Shown: one piece after another, positions 17,480-26,977 of the stretch
Layout: every line of letters starts with the position of its first letter
Position numbering within the stretch: the stretch's first letter is position 1
From: Clostridiaceae bacterium
GTDB taxonomy: Bacteria; Bacillota; Clostridia; Oscillospirales; QAMX01
Reading direction: 5' to 3'
DNA: 64,000 nt
Assembly: GCA_034926225.1 (NCBI GenBank)
Contig: JAYFRF010000005.1
Coordinates: 188,884-252,883, forward strand
Made by a program: the position numbers and the translations under genes
Notes under the pieces: model-generated
Told to the model about the DNA's origin: nothing
The model's database searches: none
Seen by the model: only the letters and a program-made list of their open reading frames with translations

Positions 17480-18859
17480 TTAGTCGATACGGCGAACCGT
17501 GAACTTCACGTGACGGTTTTCCTTTTCCTCGCGCGCTTCAAAGAATTTCTCGGCAACCTGCGGAAACGCGATGTATGAAAGGACATCTTCGTCGGAACGC
17601 ACCTTATCGCCGAGCTCCTTCTTCGTTTTGGCAAACAATGGCTCGAGCGTATCGGCAAAGCGGCCGGTAATGGGCTTTTCGTCGCCGAGAACCTTCTTGA
17701 TGAGATCGGGGTCGACTTCACCCGGCGCACGGCCATATTCGCCGCGGAGGTATGCCTTGACTTCCTTGGAAACATTCTTATAGCGCTCGCCGGCTAGAAC
17801 GTTCGCAGTAGCCTGGACACCAACCATCTGGCTCATGGGCGTGACGAGCGGCGGGTAACCGAGATCGGCGCGTACGCGGGGCGTTTCGGCCAGCACTTCG
17901 TCGAGGCGATCGAGAGCCTTCTGGGCTTTCAGCTGCGCAACGAGGTTCGAGAGCATGCCGCCCGGAATCTGATAGACGAGCGCTTCGGTTGTCGTCGTCA
18001 TAACAACGGGATCGAGCAGATTCGACTTCAGATACTCGGCCTGAATCGGCTTGAAGAAGTCGTTGATTTCCTTGGTGATCTTCTGGTTGACGCCGGTCTT
18101 GTAGCCAAACTGCTCAAGCGCATAGACAAGGCTCTCTGTCGGGGGCTGGGAGGTGCCGTTGGAAAAGCAGGAAATCGCGGTATCGATCGTATCGGCACCG
18201 GCTTCGACAGCTTTTAAAAGCGTCATCGGGCCGAGGCCGGTCGTGGAATGAGTATGCACGACGATGGGGAGCTTGACGGCGGCCTTGATCGCGGAAACGA
18301 GATCATAGGCTTCCTTTGGGCTCATGATGCCGGCCATATCCTTAATACAGATGGAATCGGCACCCATATTGGCGAGTTCCTTCGCGGTGGCGACGTTTTT
18401 TTCGAGGGTATGAATCGGGCTGATCGTATAGCAGATCGTACCGGAGGCGTGCAGGCCGCTCTTCTTGGTCTGATCCATCGCAACTTCGATGTTACGCATA
18501 TCGTTCAGCGCGTCAAAAATGCGGATAATATCCATACCGCAGTCGGCGGAGTGCTTGATAAACTCACGTACGACGTCGTCGGGATAGTGCTTGTAGCCGA
18601 GGAGATTCTGGCCGCGCAGAAGCATTTGCAGCTTCGTCTTCTTGCAGGCCTTGCGGATATTCCGAAGGCGCTCCCAAGGATCCTCATTGAGGTAACGCAG
18701 GCAGGAGTCAAAGGTCGCGCCGCCCCAGCATTCCAGGGAATAATAACCGGCGTTGTCCATGACGCCCAAAATTTCCTTAAACTTGTCATACGGCAGGCGT
18801 GTGGCAATCAGGGACTGGTTTGCGTCGCGAAGGACGGTCTCTGTGATGTTGACTTTCAT
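17480..18859 (-). CDS. oadA: Oxaloacetate decarboxylase alpha / pyruvate carboxylase subunit B-type carboxyltransferase (no biotinyl domain)
   Basis: KVNITETVLRDANQSL, HTHSTTGLGPMT, and a PYC_OADA-like C-terminal half. The start is trimmed to the ATG at 18859, 10 nt after GGAGGA (the track ORF starts at 18880). Confidence 0.9.
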   Translation of the reverse strand: MKVNITETVLRDANQSLIATRLPYDKFKEILGVMDNAGYYSLECWGGATFDSCLRYLNEDPWERLRNIRKACKKTKLQMLLRGQNLLGYKHYPDDVVREFIKHSADCGMDIIRIFDALNDMRNIEVAMDQTKKSGLHASGTICYTISPIHTLEKNVATAKELANMGADSICIKDMAGIMSPKEAYDLVSAIKAAVKLPIVVHTHSTTGLGPMTLLKAVEAGADTIDTAISCFSNGTSQPPTESLVYALEQFGYKTGVNQKITKEINDFFKPIQAEYLKSNLLDPVVMTTTTEALVYQIPGGMLSNLVAQLKAQKALDRLDEVLAETPRVRADLGYPPLVTPMSQMVGVQATANVLAGERYKNVSKEVKAYLRGEYGRAPGEVDPDLIKKVLGDEKPITGRFADTLEPLFAKTKKELGDKVRSDEDVLSYIAFPQVAEKFFEAREEKENRHVKFTVRRID

Positions 18860-19048
18860 CCGTGTATTTTCCTCCATCAATTAAAATAAACATAAACAGG
18901 GGACTGCACAAGCTTCCTTATGCATTCTTTGTTATTCTACTACATGGAAGCGCAAATTACTATAGGTACAAATCTATAATTTTCTACCTTTTCACTCGCG
19001 AAAATAGTCGTTTCGCCGAGTTTAACGCACGCTTCCGCCGCCGCTCAT

Positions 19049-19393
19049 TCACACGGTCACGTCGCGGCATGCGATTACATCCGTACCTGTGCCGCAGACA
19101 TCCCGCAGCACCACGTCGCCGCGGTGAACGGGCGCTTTGACGGTCACCGTGTCCAGTACGCGCATGGCGTCAAACAGCCGCTCCTTGGGGATATCCGTCC
19201 GCGTTTTCACCGGCAAACGGCGCAGGGCGGCGCTTTCCAGCCGTACGGTGGTCGTCAAAACACGCGTCGGATGCGTCGCTTCCTTCCGCGCGTAGACTTC
19301 GCCCCTTTTGCAGGTGTTACCGCTCACCTTCCCGTCGTCGCCGACGGTGATATGACACCCGCTCGGGCATACGATACAGATTAACTCTTTCAT
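19049..19393 (-). CDS. DUF1667 domain protein (third subunit of the clostridial GlpA-like complex)
   Basis: MKELICIVCPSGCHITV...GNTCKRGEVYARKE Cys pattern. GAGGTG SD. Confidence 0.85.
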   Translation of the reverse strand: MKELICIVCPSGCHITVGDDGKVSGNTCKRGEVYARKEATHPTRVLTTTVRLESAALRRLPVKTRTDIPKERLFDAMRVLDTVTVKAPVHRGDVVLRDVCGTGTDVIACRDVTV

Positions 19394-19403
19394 TCCGCGC
19401 ACC

Positions 19404-20636
19404 TCATGCTCTTTCCATCGTAACAGTCAACTTTTCCGCGTTTTGAACCGCCGTACGGGAAACGGTCAGCTTTTCCATCTCGCCCGGCGTCATATGCAGC
19501 CGTTTTTTTCGCAATATCTCCCGTTCTCCGTCCCGCACCACGAGGTCTCCTTTCGCGCAAGGCGTCCGTACTCGGAAAAACAGCGTCACCTCGCCCGGGT
19601 CGCCGGTTTTGCGGATCCTCTGCGGTACGACATAGCCCACGCCGTTACCTGGGTTCACCTCCACCGCTTCGCAGGGCTGCTCGCCCGCATACTTCGCCGC
19701 CGCGTGTCCGGCGCGCTCGCCCTCGTCGCTGACGAAGTCCACGAGGTCATGCACCTGCACGACATTGCCACACGCAAAGACGCCGGGACAGGACGTCTCC
19801 ATATCGTCGTACACCACCGGCCCGTTCGTATGCGGATCGATGGCGATTCCCGCGCCGCGGGAAAGCTCGTTTTCCGGGATTAAGCCGACGGATAAGAGCA
19901 AGGTATCACAGTCGATCCGGAAATCGGTACCGGGGATAGGCTTCCGATCGGGGCCGACTTCGGCGACAATCACGGCCTCCAGCCGCGTTTTGCCGATAAT
20001 CCGTACGATCGTATGTGATAAGTATAGCGGAATGTCGTAATCCTTCAGGCACTGTACGATATTTCGGTTCAAACCGGACGAGTACGGCATCAGCTCGACG
20101 CAGGCAAGCACCTTCGCGCCCTCGAGCGTCATACGCCGCGCCATAATCAGACCGATGTCGCCGGAACCGAGGATGACCGCGCGCTTTCCGACCTGATAGC
20201 CCTCGATATTCATATACCGCTGCGCCGCACCCGCCGTAAAGACGCCCGACGGGCGATCTCCCGGCACACCGATCGCGCCGCGTGTCCGTTCCCGACAGCC
20301 CATCGCGAGAATTACCGCGCCGGACTCTACCGTAAAAAGCCCGTCCGCCGGGTTCACCGCCGTGACGGTACGTCCGTCGAGCGACAGCACCATCGTGTCG
20401 TATTTGCAGTCGATACCCTCCAGTTGATCGATAAAGCGTCCGGCATACTCGGGGCCCGTCAGTTCCTCTCCGAAACGATGCAGTCCGAAGCCGTTATGGA
20501 TGCACTGGTTTAAAATACCCCCCGGCTCCTGCGCCCGCTCAAGGATCAGCACACGCGACGCACCCGCGTCCCTCGCCGCAATCGCCGCGGCAAGCCCCGC
20601 GGGACCTGCGCCGATAATCGTCACATCCGCTTTCAT
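19404..20636 (-). CDS. FAD/NAD(P)-dependent pyridine nucleotide-disulfide oxidoreductase family protein
   Basis: MKADVTIIGAGPAGLAAA and a second Rossmann GSGDIGLIMA. The start at 20636 forms an ATGA overlap with the upstream gene's stop. Confidence 0.85.
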   Translation of the reverse strand: MKADVTIIGAGPAGLAAAIAARDAGASRVLILERAQEPGGILNQCIHNGFGLHRFGEELTGPEYAGRFIDQLEGIDCKYDTMVLSLDGRTVTAVNPADGLFTVESGAVILAMGCRERTRGAIGVPGDRPSGVFTAGAAQRYMNIEGYQVGKRAVILGSGDIGLIMARRMTLEGAKVLACVELMPYSSGLNRNIVQCLKDYDIPLYLSHTIVRIIGKTRLEAVIVAEVGPDRKPIPGTDFRIDCDTLLLSVGLIPENELSRGAGIAIDPHTNGPVVYDDMETSCPGVFACGNVVQVHDLVDFVSDEGERAGHAAAKYAGEQPCEAVEVNPGNGVGYVVPQRIRKTGDPGEVTLFFRVRTPCAKGDLVVRDGEREILRKKRLHMTPGEMEKLTVSRTAVQNAEKLTVTMERA

Positions 20637-22081
20637 GCCTGCTCCCCCTTCGTCTCCCCGGTCAGAATATAACTGCCCTTCCTGTCCTTTTCGATGGCTT
20701 CCATCGGCAGCTTCCACTCCCGCGCGAGAATTTCATGCACGCGAGGCCCGCAGAAGCCTCCCTGACACCGGCCCATGCCGGTGCCGCAGCGGCGTTTGAC
20801 GCCGTCGATCGTCTTCGGCGGCAGCGGCGCGCGCAGCGCGTCCAGAATTTCGCCCTCTGTGATCGTCTCACAACGGCAGATCACGCGTCCGTAGGCGGGA
20901 TCCTTCTTTATCAGCGCCTTCTGCTCCGCCCGCGAAAGCCGACGGAATTCGACATGCTCTCGTCCGTCGATGAAGTCCGTCTTTTCCTCCAGCTTCAGCC
21001 CCGCCATCCGCAGGCAGCCGACCGCTTCCTCCGCGATTGCGGGCGACGACGTCAGCCCCGGAGACTGGATGCCCGCGAGGTTAATAAAGCGCGGATCCAC
21101 CGGCGACGATGCGATGATGAAATCCTTCGTACCTCTAGCGCGCAGCCCAGCGAAGTTGCGGATGCTGTCCCGGTAGTTGATGGTATCCACGCTCAGTACC
21201 GCCGTTTTCCGGATAAATTCCAGGCTTTCGGACGACGTGGACACATCCTCACGATCCGTCTGCGGCATCGCGTCGGGTCCGATAATCAGGTTCCCGTGCA
21301 CCGTCGGCGAAACAAGGACGCCTTTGCCTTTTTCTGTCGGGCACTGGAAGATCACATGCGATACAAGCTTGCCCTGCGACTTATCCAGTAAGTAGTACGC
21401 GCCCTTATCCGGCGCCATCGTAAAGCCCGCGCCGCCGATCATCGCGTGAATCACATCGGCATACTCGCCGGCAGCGTTGACAATCGTACGGGTTTCATAA
21501 AGCTCACCGCCCGCCGTCACAGTAAAGCCGTGCTCATCCCGCTCTATCGCGGTCACAGGCGCGTCCGTTCTTACTTCCGTGCCGTTGCGAACAGCAACCT
21601 GCGCCATCGCAAGGGCAAGCCCCCACGGATCGACGATGCCCGCTGTCGGCGCATACAGAGCCGAGGTCACATTTTCCGACAGGTTCGGTTCAAGAGCGCG
21701 CGCCCCGGCCGCGTCCAGCAGCGCCATATTCGGCACCCCGTTTTGTACCCCCCGGTCGTACAGCTTTTCAAGTGTGCTTCGATCCGCATCGGAAAAGCCC
21801 AGTACGAGCGAGCCGATTTTCTCGAAACGCACATCGAGCCTGCGGCAAAGCTCCTCCATCATCGCGTTCCCGCGCAGATTCGTCCGCGCCATCACACTGC
21901 CCGGCTCCGGATCATATCCCGCATGCACAATCGCGGAATTGGCTCTGGTTGTCCCCATAGCTATGTCGTTTTGCGCTTCCAGAAGCAGCGTGCGTATCCG
22001 AAAACGCGCAAGCGTATACGCGACGGCACAGCCTACAACGCCGCCGCCGATGATGATACAATCGTATCGCATTTTTTGCAC
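20633..22081 (-). CDS. FAD-dependent glycerol-3-phosphate dehydrogenase-like oxidoreductase with a BFD-like [2Fe-2S] domain
   Basis: YDCIIIGGGVVGCAVAY FAD fold. C-terminal ICRCETITEGEI...RRCGTGMGRCQGGFC. Confidence 0.85.
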   Translation of the reverse strand: MQKMRYDCIIIGGGVVGCAVAYTLARFRIRTLLLEAQNDIAMGTTRANSAIVHAGYDPEPGSVMARTNLRGNAMMEELCRRLDVRFEKIGSLVLGFSDADRSTLEKLYDRGVQNGVPNMALLDAAGARALEPNLSENVTSALYAPTAGIVDPWGLALAMAQVAVRNGTEVRTDAPVTAIERDEHGFTVTAGGELYETRTIVNAAGEYADVIHAMIGGAGFTMAPDKGAYYLLDKSQGKLVSHVIFQCPTEKGKGVLVSPTVHGNLIIGPDAMPQTDREDVSTSSESLEFIRKTAVLSVDTINYRDSIRNFAGLRARGTKDFIIASSPVDPRFINLAGIQSPGLTSSPAIAEEAVGCLRMAGLKLEEKTDFIDGREHVEFRRLSRAEQKALIKKDPAYGRVICRCETITEGEILDALRAPLPPKTIDGVKRRCGTGMGRCQGGFCGPRVHEILAREWKLPMEAIEKDRKGSYILTGETKGEQA

Positions 22082-22138
22082 CTGATTCTCCCACTGTATA
22101 TTTGCGCCGTGAAACTGTTGCGGCTAAAAACATGCTTT

Positions 22139-22175
22139 CTCGTGCCGAACGGCGTTTTACGCCGTTCGGCACGAG
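22139..22175 (-). terminator. Perfect 16-bp hairpin downstream of the ASRT-family gene
   Basis: CTCGTGCCGAACGGCG-TTTTA-CGCCGTTCGGCACGAG. The trailing U tract on the minus strand is weak, so terminator function is uncertain. Confidence 0.5.
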
Positions 22176-22189
22176 TCCTGTTTGTATTT

Positions 22190-22552
22190 TTAGTCGAAGG
22201 TGTGTCCCTGCACGGAATAATAAGCCATATTCGGCTGACGGGTGTCCAGGCGGCCGAACACACAGAATACCGGCTCATCGGACTCGACGACGAGGGCATA
22301 CTGCCCAAACGGCACCTTGAAATTCTGCTCACCGAAGGGCTGGTCAAGGTGGTAGCAGCGGATACGTTCCGCCGGGATCTTCACGATAATGTCGCGTACG
22401 GGGTCTTTGTCTTCAAAATAGAAGCTGACCTTCACCGTCGCGTCATGCTTGCGGAGGTTAAAGATCATCAGCGCCTCGTGCGCCTCCATCGCGCCGCCGT
22501 CCTTGGGCGGCAGATCTCCGTCTGCGAAAACCCAGTTTTTACTGCCTTTCAT
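22190..22552 (-). CDS. Sensory-rhodopsin-transducer (ASRT) family protein
   Basis: 120 aa. NWVFADGDLPPKDGGAMEAHEALMIFN...VSFYFEDKDP...YHLDQP resembles the ASRT small beta-sandwich family. The start is trimmed to 22552 (GGAGGA SD). Confidence 0.7.
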   Translation of the reverse strand: MKGSKNWVFADGDLPPKDGGAMEAHEALMIFNLRKHDATVKVSFYFEDKDPVRDIIVKIPAERIRCYHLDQPFGEQNFKVPFGQYALVVESDEPVFCVFGRLDTRQPNMAYYSVQGHTFD

Positions 22553-22610
22553 ATGCAAATCCTCCATTTACCGTTTCAATCTCCCTTAGTGTATGTGAAT
22601 TCCTTTCGGA

Positions 22611-24425
22611 TTACTCGCAAGGTACCAGCGTTTCCGCCGCGCTGCGGGGCGTATTGGAAAGCCAGAATACACGCGCCGCGTGCGCCGGGACGGCGATGCT
22701 GATCGCGCCGCGCACACGTCCGTAGTTTTCCTGCTCCCAGAACTCAAACGCATATCGTTTTCCGGCAATACAGGATGCCGGAACCGTCATCTCACGGGTA
22801 AAGTCGCTCCAGTTGATCAGCGCAACGACGTGCGTATCACCAAAATCGCCAAAGTCGAGGATGCCGGGAACTTCGGCGTCGAACAGATCGAGCGGTACCG
22901 CCGCGCGGGTGTTGTTCGGGAAAAGCTTTTCAAGCCAGCCGATGCGTTCCCGAGTAAGCAGCGTCATCTTATCCGACAGCATCAGGATACCGCCGGAAGC
23001 CGCGACGGCGGTTATGAAAACCTCGATCTCCTGCGGTGTCCGCACACAGCGGCGCATACACTCGTCGTCCTCTTCGCCAGCGCCGCGCACCATGACACAG
23101 TCCGGATCGTTTAAATAAACCTTATGATGATAAAAATACCGTTTGAAAACGCGCATGAAGACTTCCTTTAACGAATCCCAATCATGGAAGATATCGTTGC
23201 TTACGCGCATGCCCTGACACAGACCCATCGGCGCGGCAATCTGCGCCGTGCAGGCAAGCAGGAAGGTGTCCTCTGTTACGGACTCGCGCATGAATTTCAA
23301 CCCTAACCGCATGGATTCCAACGTCGAGATCTTCGGGTTATACCTTTTGCCGGGTAAACCGCCCGCGATCATGTAGTCAAGCTTGATGTAGCGGTAGCCC
23401 CACTCGTAGGAAAGCTTATGAAACAGCTCACGCAAATGCCGTTCGCCCTCCGGATGCGTTGGGTCGATGGCGTAGTTGCCGACCCGGACGGGACCGGAAC
23501 CGTCTGGTTTCTGGATCATGGCTTCAGGATGCGCTTGGGCAAAATTCGAGTCCGGCTGCGCCGAAAACGGGCAAAGCCAGATGCCGGGGATAAAGCTTTT
23601 TGCGCGAATCTCGTCCGCCATCACTTTCATCCCGTTCGGGAACCGGCCGTTCGCCTCCCAGTCTCCGTACTTGTCCGCCCAGCCTTCGTCGATCTGCACG
23701 ACTTTAACCGGCAGTCCGTTGTGCTCCCGCGCTAGGCAATCCATGTTTTCGCGAATGGTAGCCTCGCTGATATGGTTCAGATAATAGTACCAGGTACACC
23801 AGCCCGTCGGCACCTTCTCCGGCAGCGACGGAAGCTGCTGGTACTCGGCCAGCGTGTCCATATACGCGCCGAGTGCTTCGTCCGGCGTTTTACCGTCGCC
23901 GACATAGAACCAGTCAGACTGAATGGTCTCTCCCGGCTGCAAAACCCGGTCCTCGACGTTTTGCGCGGCGCAGAACGCGCCGTCGGCGTCAATGCCGAGA
24001 TCGGAGAAGTAGCAAACGTTCGTCGCAAACCCCAGTACCCCCGAAACGCCGTCTTCATCCGAAAACGGGAGCAAATCGCAGCTTTTCGCGCTGGTCATCG
24101 GCAGCATTCTCACCGTGCGCGCGGGACTGCACATCTGATTGTAGATCTTAAACGACGTCTCTTGCGCTTCATAGACGATACATGTCCGGATGGGCGCCGT
24201 CCAGCGCCCGGTAAAGGCGATATCCTGCACCTTCAGCGGCTGCTGCGCCATATGACGGTAGGTCACGCGCGTTACAATGCCGCGGGAGGTTTCCCTCGTC
24301 TCGATCGTATAGTTTTCACAGACGCGCGTATCGTCTCCGCACAGCTCTCCGATATACGGCACGGCCTCCGTACTGTAAGTCTTCGAAAGATAACGAACCG
24401 CAACCGTAATATCCAGTTTTTTCAT
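22611..24425 (-). CDS. Alpha-galactosidase (GH36/clan-D melibiase-like)
   Basis: TGWCTWYYY...VKVVQIDEGWADKYGDWEAN..FPNGMKVMADEIRAKSFIPGIWLCPF...YRYIKLDYM. The start is trimmed to 24425 (GAGGTGA SD). Confidence 0.8.
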   Translation of the reverse strand: MKKLDITVAVRYLSKTYSTEAVPYIGELCGDDTRVCENYTIETRETSRGIVTRVTYRHMAQQPLKVQDIAFTGRWTAPIRTCIVYEAQETSFKIYNQMCSPARTVRMLPMTSAKSCDLLPFSDEDGVSGVLGFATNVCYFSDLGIDADGAFCAAQNVEDRVLQPGETIQSDWFYVGDGKTPDEALGAYMDTLAEYQQLPSLPEKVPTGWCTWYYYLNHISEATIRENMDCLAREHNGLPVKVVQIDEGWADKYGDWEANGRFPNGMKVMADEIRAKSFIPGIWLCPFSAQPDSNFAQAHPEAMIQKPDGSGPVRVGNYAIDPTHPEGERHLRELFHKLSYEWGYRYIKLDYMIAGGLPGKRYNPKISTLESMRLGLKFMRESVTEDTFLLACTAQIAAPMGLCQGMRVSNDIFHDWDSLKEVFMRVFKRYFYHHKVYLNDPDCVMVRGAGEEDDECMRRCVRTPQEIEVFITAVAASGGILMLSDKMTLLTRERIGWLEKLFPNNTRAAVPLDLFDAEVPGILDFGDFGDTHVVALINWSDFTREMTVPASCIAGKRYAFEFWEQENYGRVRGAISIAVPAHAARVFWLSNTPRSAAETLVPCE

Positions 24426-24429
24426 ACTA

Positions 24430-25437
24430 TCACCTCTGAGGTCCGGCCGACACGCCGCCGCTGGCAAGCGCTTCGATCTCCGCCATGCCCAGCAGCGCAT
24501 AATCAAACTCCACCGAGCATTTGAGAACCGCCGTCGCCGCCGCAAAGTTCACGGTATGCTGCGGCGTATAGCCCGCAAGCTCCGCCACGATCAGCGCGCC
24601 GCCGAAGCAGTCGCCCGCACCCACGCGGTCGACGATATGCACACGCGCCAACGGCGAGTAGTATGTTAAGCCGTTCTCGTAGAGCACGCCGCCGATATCG
24701 TTATCCGTTGCGGTGATATTTTTACTCAGTGTGATCGCCACACGGCGGAACCCAAAGCGCTCCTGCAATTGGCGGGCGATGCTCTCATATTTTTTGTCCT
24801 CGGTGCAGCCCGCCTCGGCATACACGCCGAACACCTGCGACGCCTCCGACTCGTTGAAGCTGCATACATCGACATACGGCATCAGCACACTCAAACCCTT
24901 TCCGGCTTCCTCCGGTGTCCAGAGCTTTTTGCGGTAATTGATATCGCAGCTGACGGTCAGACCCATGTCCTTCGCCGTCCGCACGGCGTCCATTGTGATC
25001 TGGGCCAGATCGCCGCCGAGCGCCGGGGTAATACCCGAAAAATGGAACCAGCACGCGCCGTTAAAAATCGATTTCCAGTCAAACTCCCCGCGCTTCGCCA
25101 GCGCGATGGAAGAACCCGCGCGGTCGTAGACAACCTTCGAATCCCGCTGAGACGCGCCTTTTTCGGCAAAATAGATGCCGAGTCTGGGGCCTCCGCGCAG
25201 AATGCCGCTGGTGTCAAGCCCGTACCTGCGCATTTCGTTCAGCGCTGCCTGTCCGAGTTCGTTCTCCGGCAGCTTTGTAATCATCGCCGCGTCCAGTCCG
25301 CACATCGCACAAGTTACGAGCGCGTTGGCTTCGCTGCCGGCATAGCTTGCTTCAAAGCAATTCGCCTGCACAAAACGCCGATAGCCCTCAGGGTTCAAGC
25401 GAAGCATCACTTCGCCAAATCCAACTACTTTTGCCAT
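24430..25437 (-). CDS. PfkB-family sugar kinase (2-dehydro-3-deoxygluconokinase-like)
   Basis: GFGEVMLRLNPEGY, with C-terminal DRVGAGDCFGGALI. Confidence 0.85.
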   Translation of the reverse strand: MAKVVGFGEVMLRLNPEGYRRFVQANCFEASYAGSEANALVTCAMCGLDAAMITKLPENELGQAALNEMRRYGLDTSGILRGGPRLGIYFAEKGASQRDSKVVYDRAGSSIALAKRGEFDWKSIFNGACWFHFSGITPALGGDLAQITMDAVRTAKDMGLTVSCDINYRKKLWTPEEAGKGLSVLMPYVDVCSFNESEASQVFGVYAEAGCTEDKKYESIARQLQERFGFRRVAITLSKNITATDNDIGGVLYENGLTYYSPLARVHIVDRVGAGDCFGGALIVAELAGYTPQHTVNFAAATAVLKCSVEFDYALLGMAEIEALASGGVSAGPQR

Positions 25438-25450
25438 TTGTTTATCCTCT

Positions 25451-26626
25451 TTACACAGGCATTTTTTGTAATTCGCGGATTGCCGGAATCATGGCACGGC
25501 CCGCCTCGACGCGGCCTTCGATCACCATCCGGCAGAGATTGGTCACCAGCTCGTTATGCGCTTCGCAGGTGCGAATATTGCGCACCGCAAGCATCGGATG
25601 TCCCCTTTGGAAGTCACTTTCGTCCAGATACGCTTCATCAAAGGCATACTGTGCATGGGACGGCCCTGTAATCATGCACCAGCCGTCAAAATACCGCTTT
25701 AAGAGCCGCTCATCGGGGATCATCGCGGAAAGTCTGTCGAGATAATCGAGTACGGTCTGCTTTTCCGCGCCCTCATACAGATGGATCAACGTCAGTTCGG
25801 CGTTGAACCGATACGGATGCAGCCGAAACGCCGGTTTTTGTCCCTTTTCAAAGGTTAATTCAACGATGTACCCCGAGAACCACGACGGATCGGCGCTGCC
25901 GAAATCGCGGAACAGGAAATTGCCGGGGCTGTAGACAATCGGCGCACCTCGATAGGTTTCCGCACCCTGCATGCAATGCGGGTGCATCCCGACCACGGCA
26001 TCCGCGCCGAGATCGACGAACGTACGGTACCGCGCGCGCACCCCCGGACTCGGCAGCGGATTGTGCTCGTTGCCGCCATGCATGATCACCAAGCAAAAGT
26101 CGGCGTTCTCCTTCACTGTCCGGATGGCGCGGGCCGCGCGATGGAGGTCAAACCCCGCCGAGCCCCAAGCATCAAGCGTCGCGCCGCCGAATTCGTTTTC
26201 GCAGAACGCGCAGACACCAAGCTTCCCCGCAGGCGTCTGGGCATACCAAGGCTCATACGCCGCGTCGAGGTTTTCCCCCGCGCCGACACGTCCAAAGCCC
26301 TCCTCATCGAGCACCCGCGCGGTATTCTCCACCGCGGCCGGCCCGAAGTCTCCGGTATGGTTGTTCGCGAGCACCGCGCAGTCAATCCCGGCTTCCCGGT
26401 AGAAGCACAGATTCTCCCGCGTCTGCCAGAGGTTCGGCCCGCACTTCGCGATCGGGGTCAGCGGTTCCGTGATGGCGTTCTCCAAATTGGCAATACGCAA
26501 ATCCATCCCGTCGATCAAGGGCTTTACCTCACGCAGTAATGCCTTCGCACGGTCGGCATCCATGACATCCTGAATTCTGTCCATGCAAATGTCGCCCATA
26601 ACGGCAACGCGCAGCGTCTTCTCCAT
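25451..26626 (-). CDS. CapA-family (PGA_cap) metallophosphatase-like protein
   Basis: VAVMGDICMD, ANLENAIT, VLANNHTGDFG and IMHGGNEHN. Confidence 0.8.
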   Translation of the reverse strand: MEKTLRVAVMGDICMDRIQDVMDADRAKALLREVKPLIDGMDLRIANLENAITEPLTPIAKCGPNLWQTRENLCFYREAGIDCAVLANNHTGDFGPAAVENTARVLDEEGFGRVGAGENLDAAYEPWYAQTPAGKLGVCAFCENEFGGATLDAWGSAGFDLHRAARAIRTVKENADFCLVIMHGGNEHNPLPSPGVRARYRTFVDLGADAVVGMHPHCMQGAETYRGAPIVYSPGNFLFRDFGSADPSWFSGYIVELTFEKGQKPAFRLHPYRFNAELTLIHLYEGAEKQTVLDYLDRLSAMIPDERLLKRYFDGWCMITGPSHAQYAFDEAYLDESDFQRGHPMLAVRNIRTCEAHNELVTNLCRMVIEGRVEAGRAMIPAIRELQKMPV

Positions 26627-26641
26627 CGATCTTCCCTCCGA

Positions 26642-26965
26642 TTATGTTAATGTATCGGTATTTTTCATCGTTTTCAAGTTGCCGATCTTCTCCGCGCGGC
26701 GGGCAAGCTCCGCGTCGATATCGCGAAGCGGTACGCCGGTCTGTACCAGCAGCACCATTATATGGTAAAGCAGGTCACACGCTTCAAGCTGGATCTCGCC
26801 CGGCACGCCGTTCTTCGAGGCGATGATCAACTCCGCGCTCTCCTCGCCGATCTTCTTACAGATTTTGTCCAGCCCCTTATCGAAGAGGTAGCAGGTATAC
26901 GATCCCTCCTGCGGATTCTCCTTTCGGCCGCATACAACCTGATACAGCTTTTCTAGACTCTCCAT
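26642..26965 (-). CDS. hisE: Phosphoribosyl-ATP pyrophosphohydrolase (stand-alone HisE)
   Basis: SYTCYLFDKGLDKICKKIGEESAELIIASKN...EACDLLYHIMVLL. Confidence 0.9.
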   Translation of the reverse strand: MESLEKLYQVVCGRKENPQEGSYTCYLFDKGLDKICKKIGEESAELIIASKNGVPGEIQLEACDLLYHIMVLLVQTGVPLRDIDAELARRAEKIGNLKTMKNTDTLT

Positions 26966-26977
26966 ATCGTTCCTCCG

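Noticed and set aside
21446-22702. 418-aa plus-strand ORF, one of the longest in the track.
   Set aside because: It lies fully antisense to the GlpA-like gene and runs across an intergenic hairpin and the ASRT-family gene. Its translation is Arg/His/Pro-rich with no motifs. This is a typical high-GC antisense artefact.
24769-25671. 300-aa plus-strand ORF.
   Set aside because: It is antisense to the PfkB kinase and CapA genes and spans their intergenic gap.
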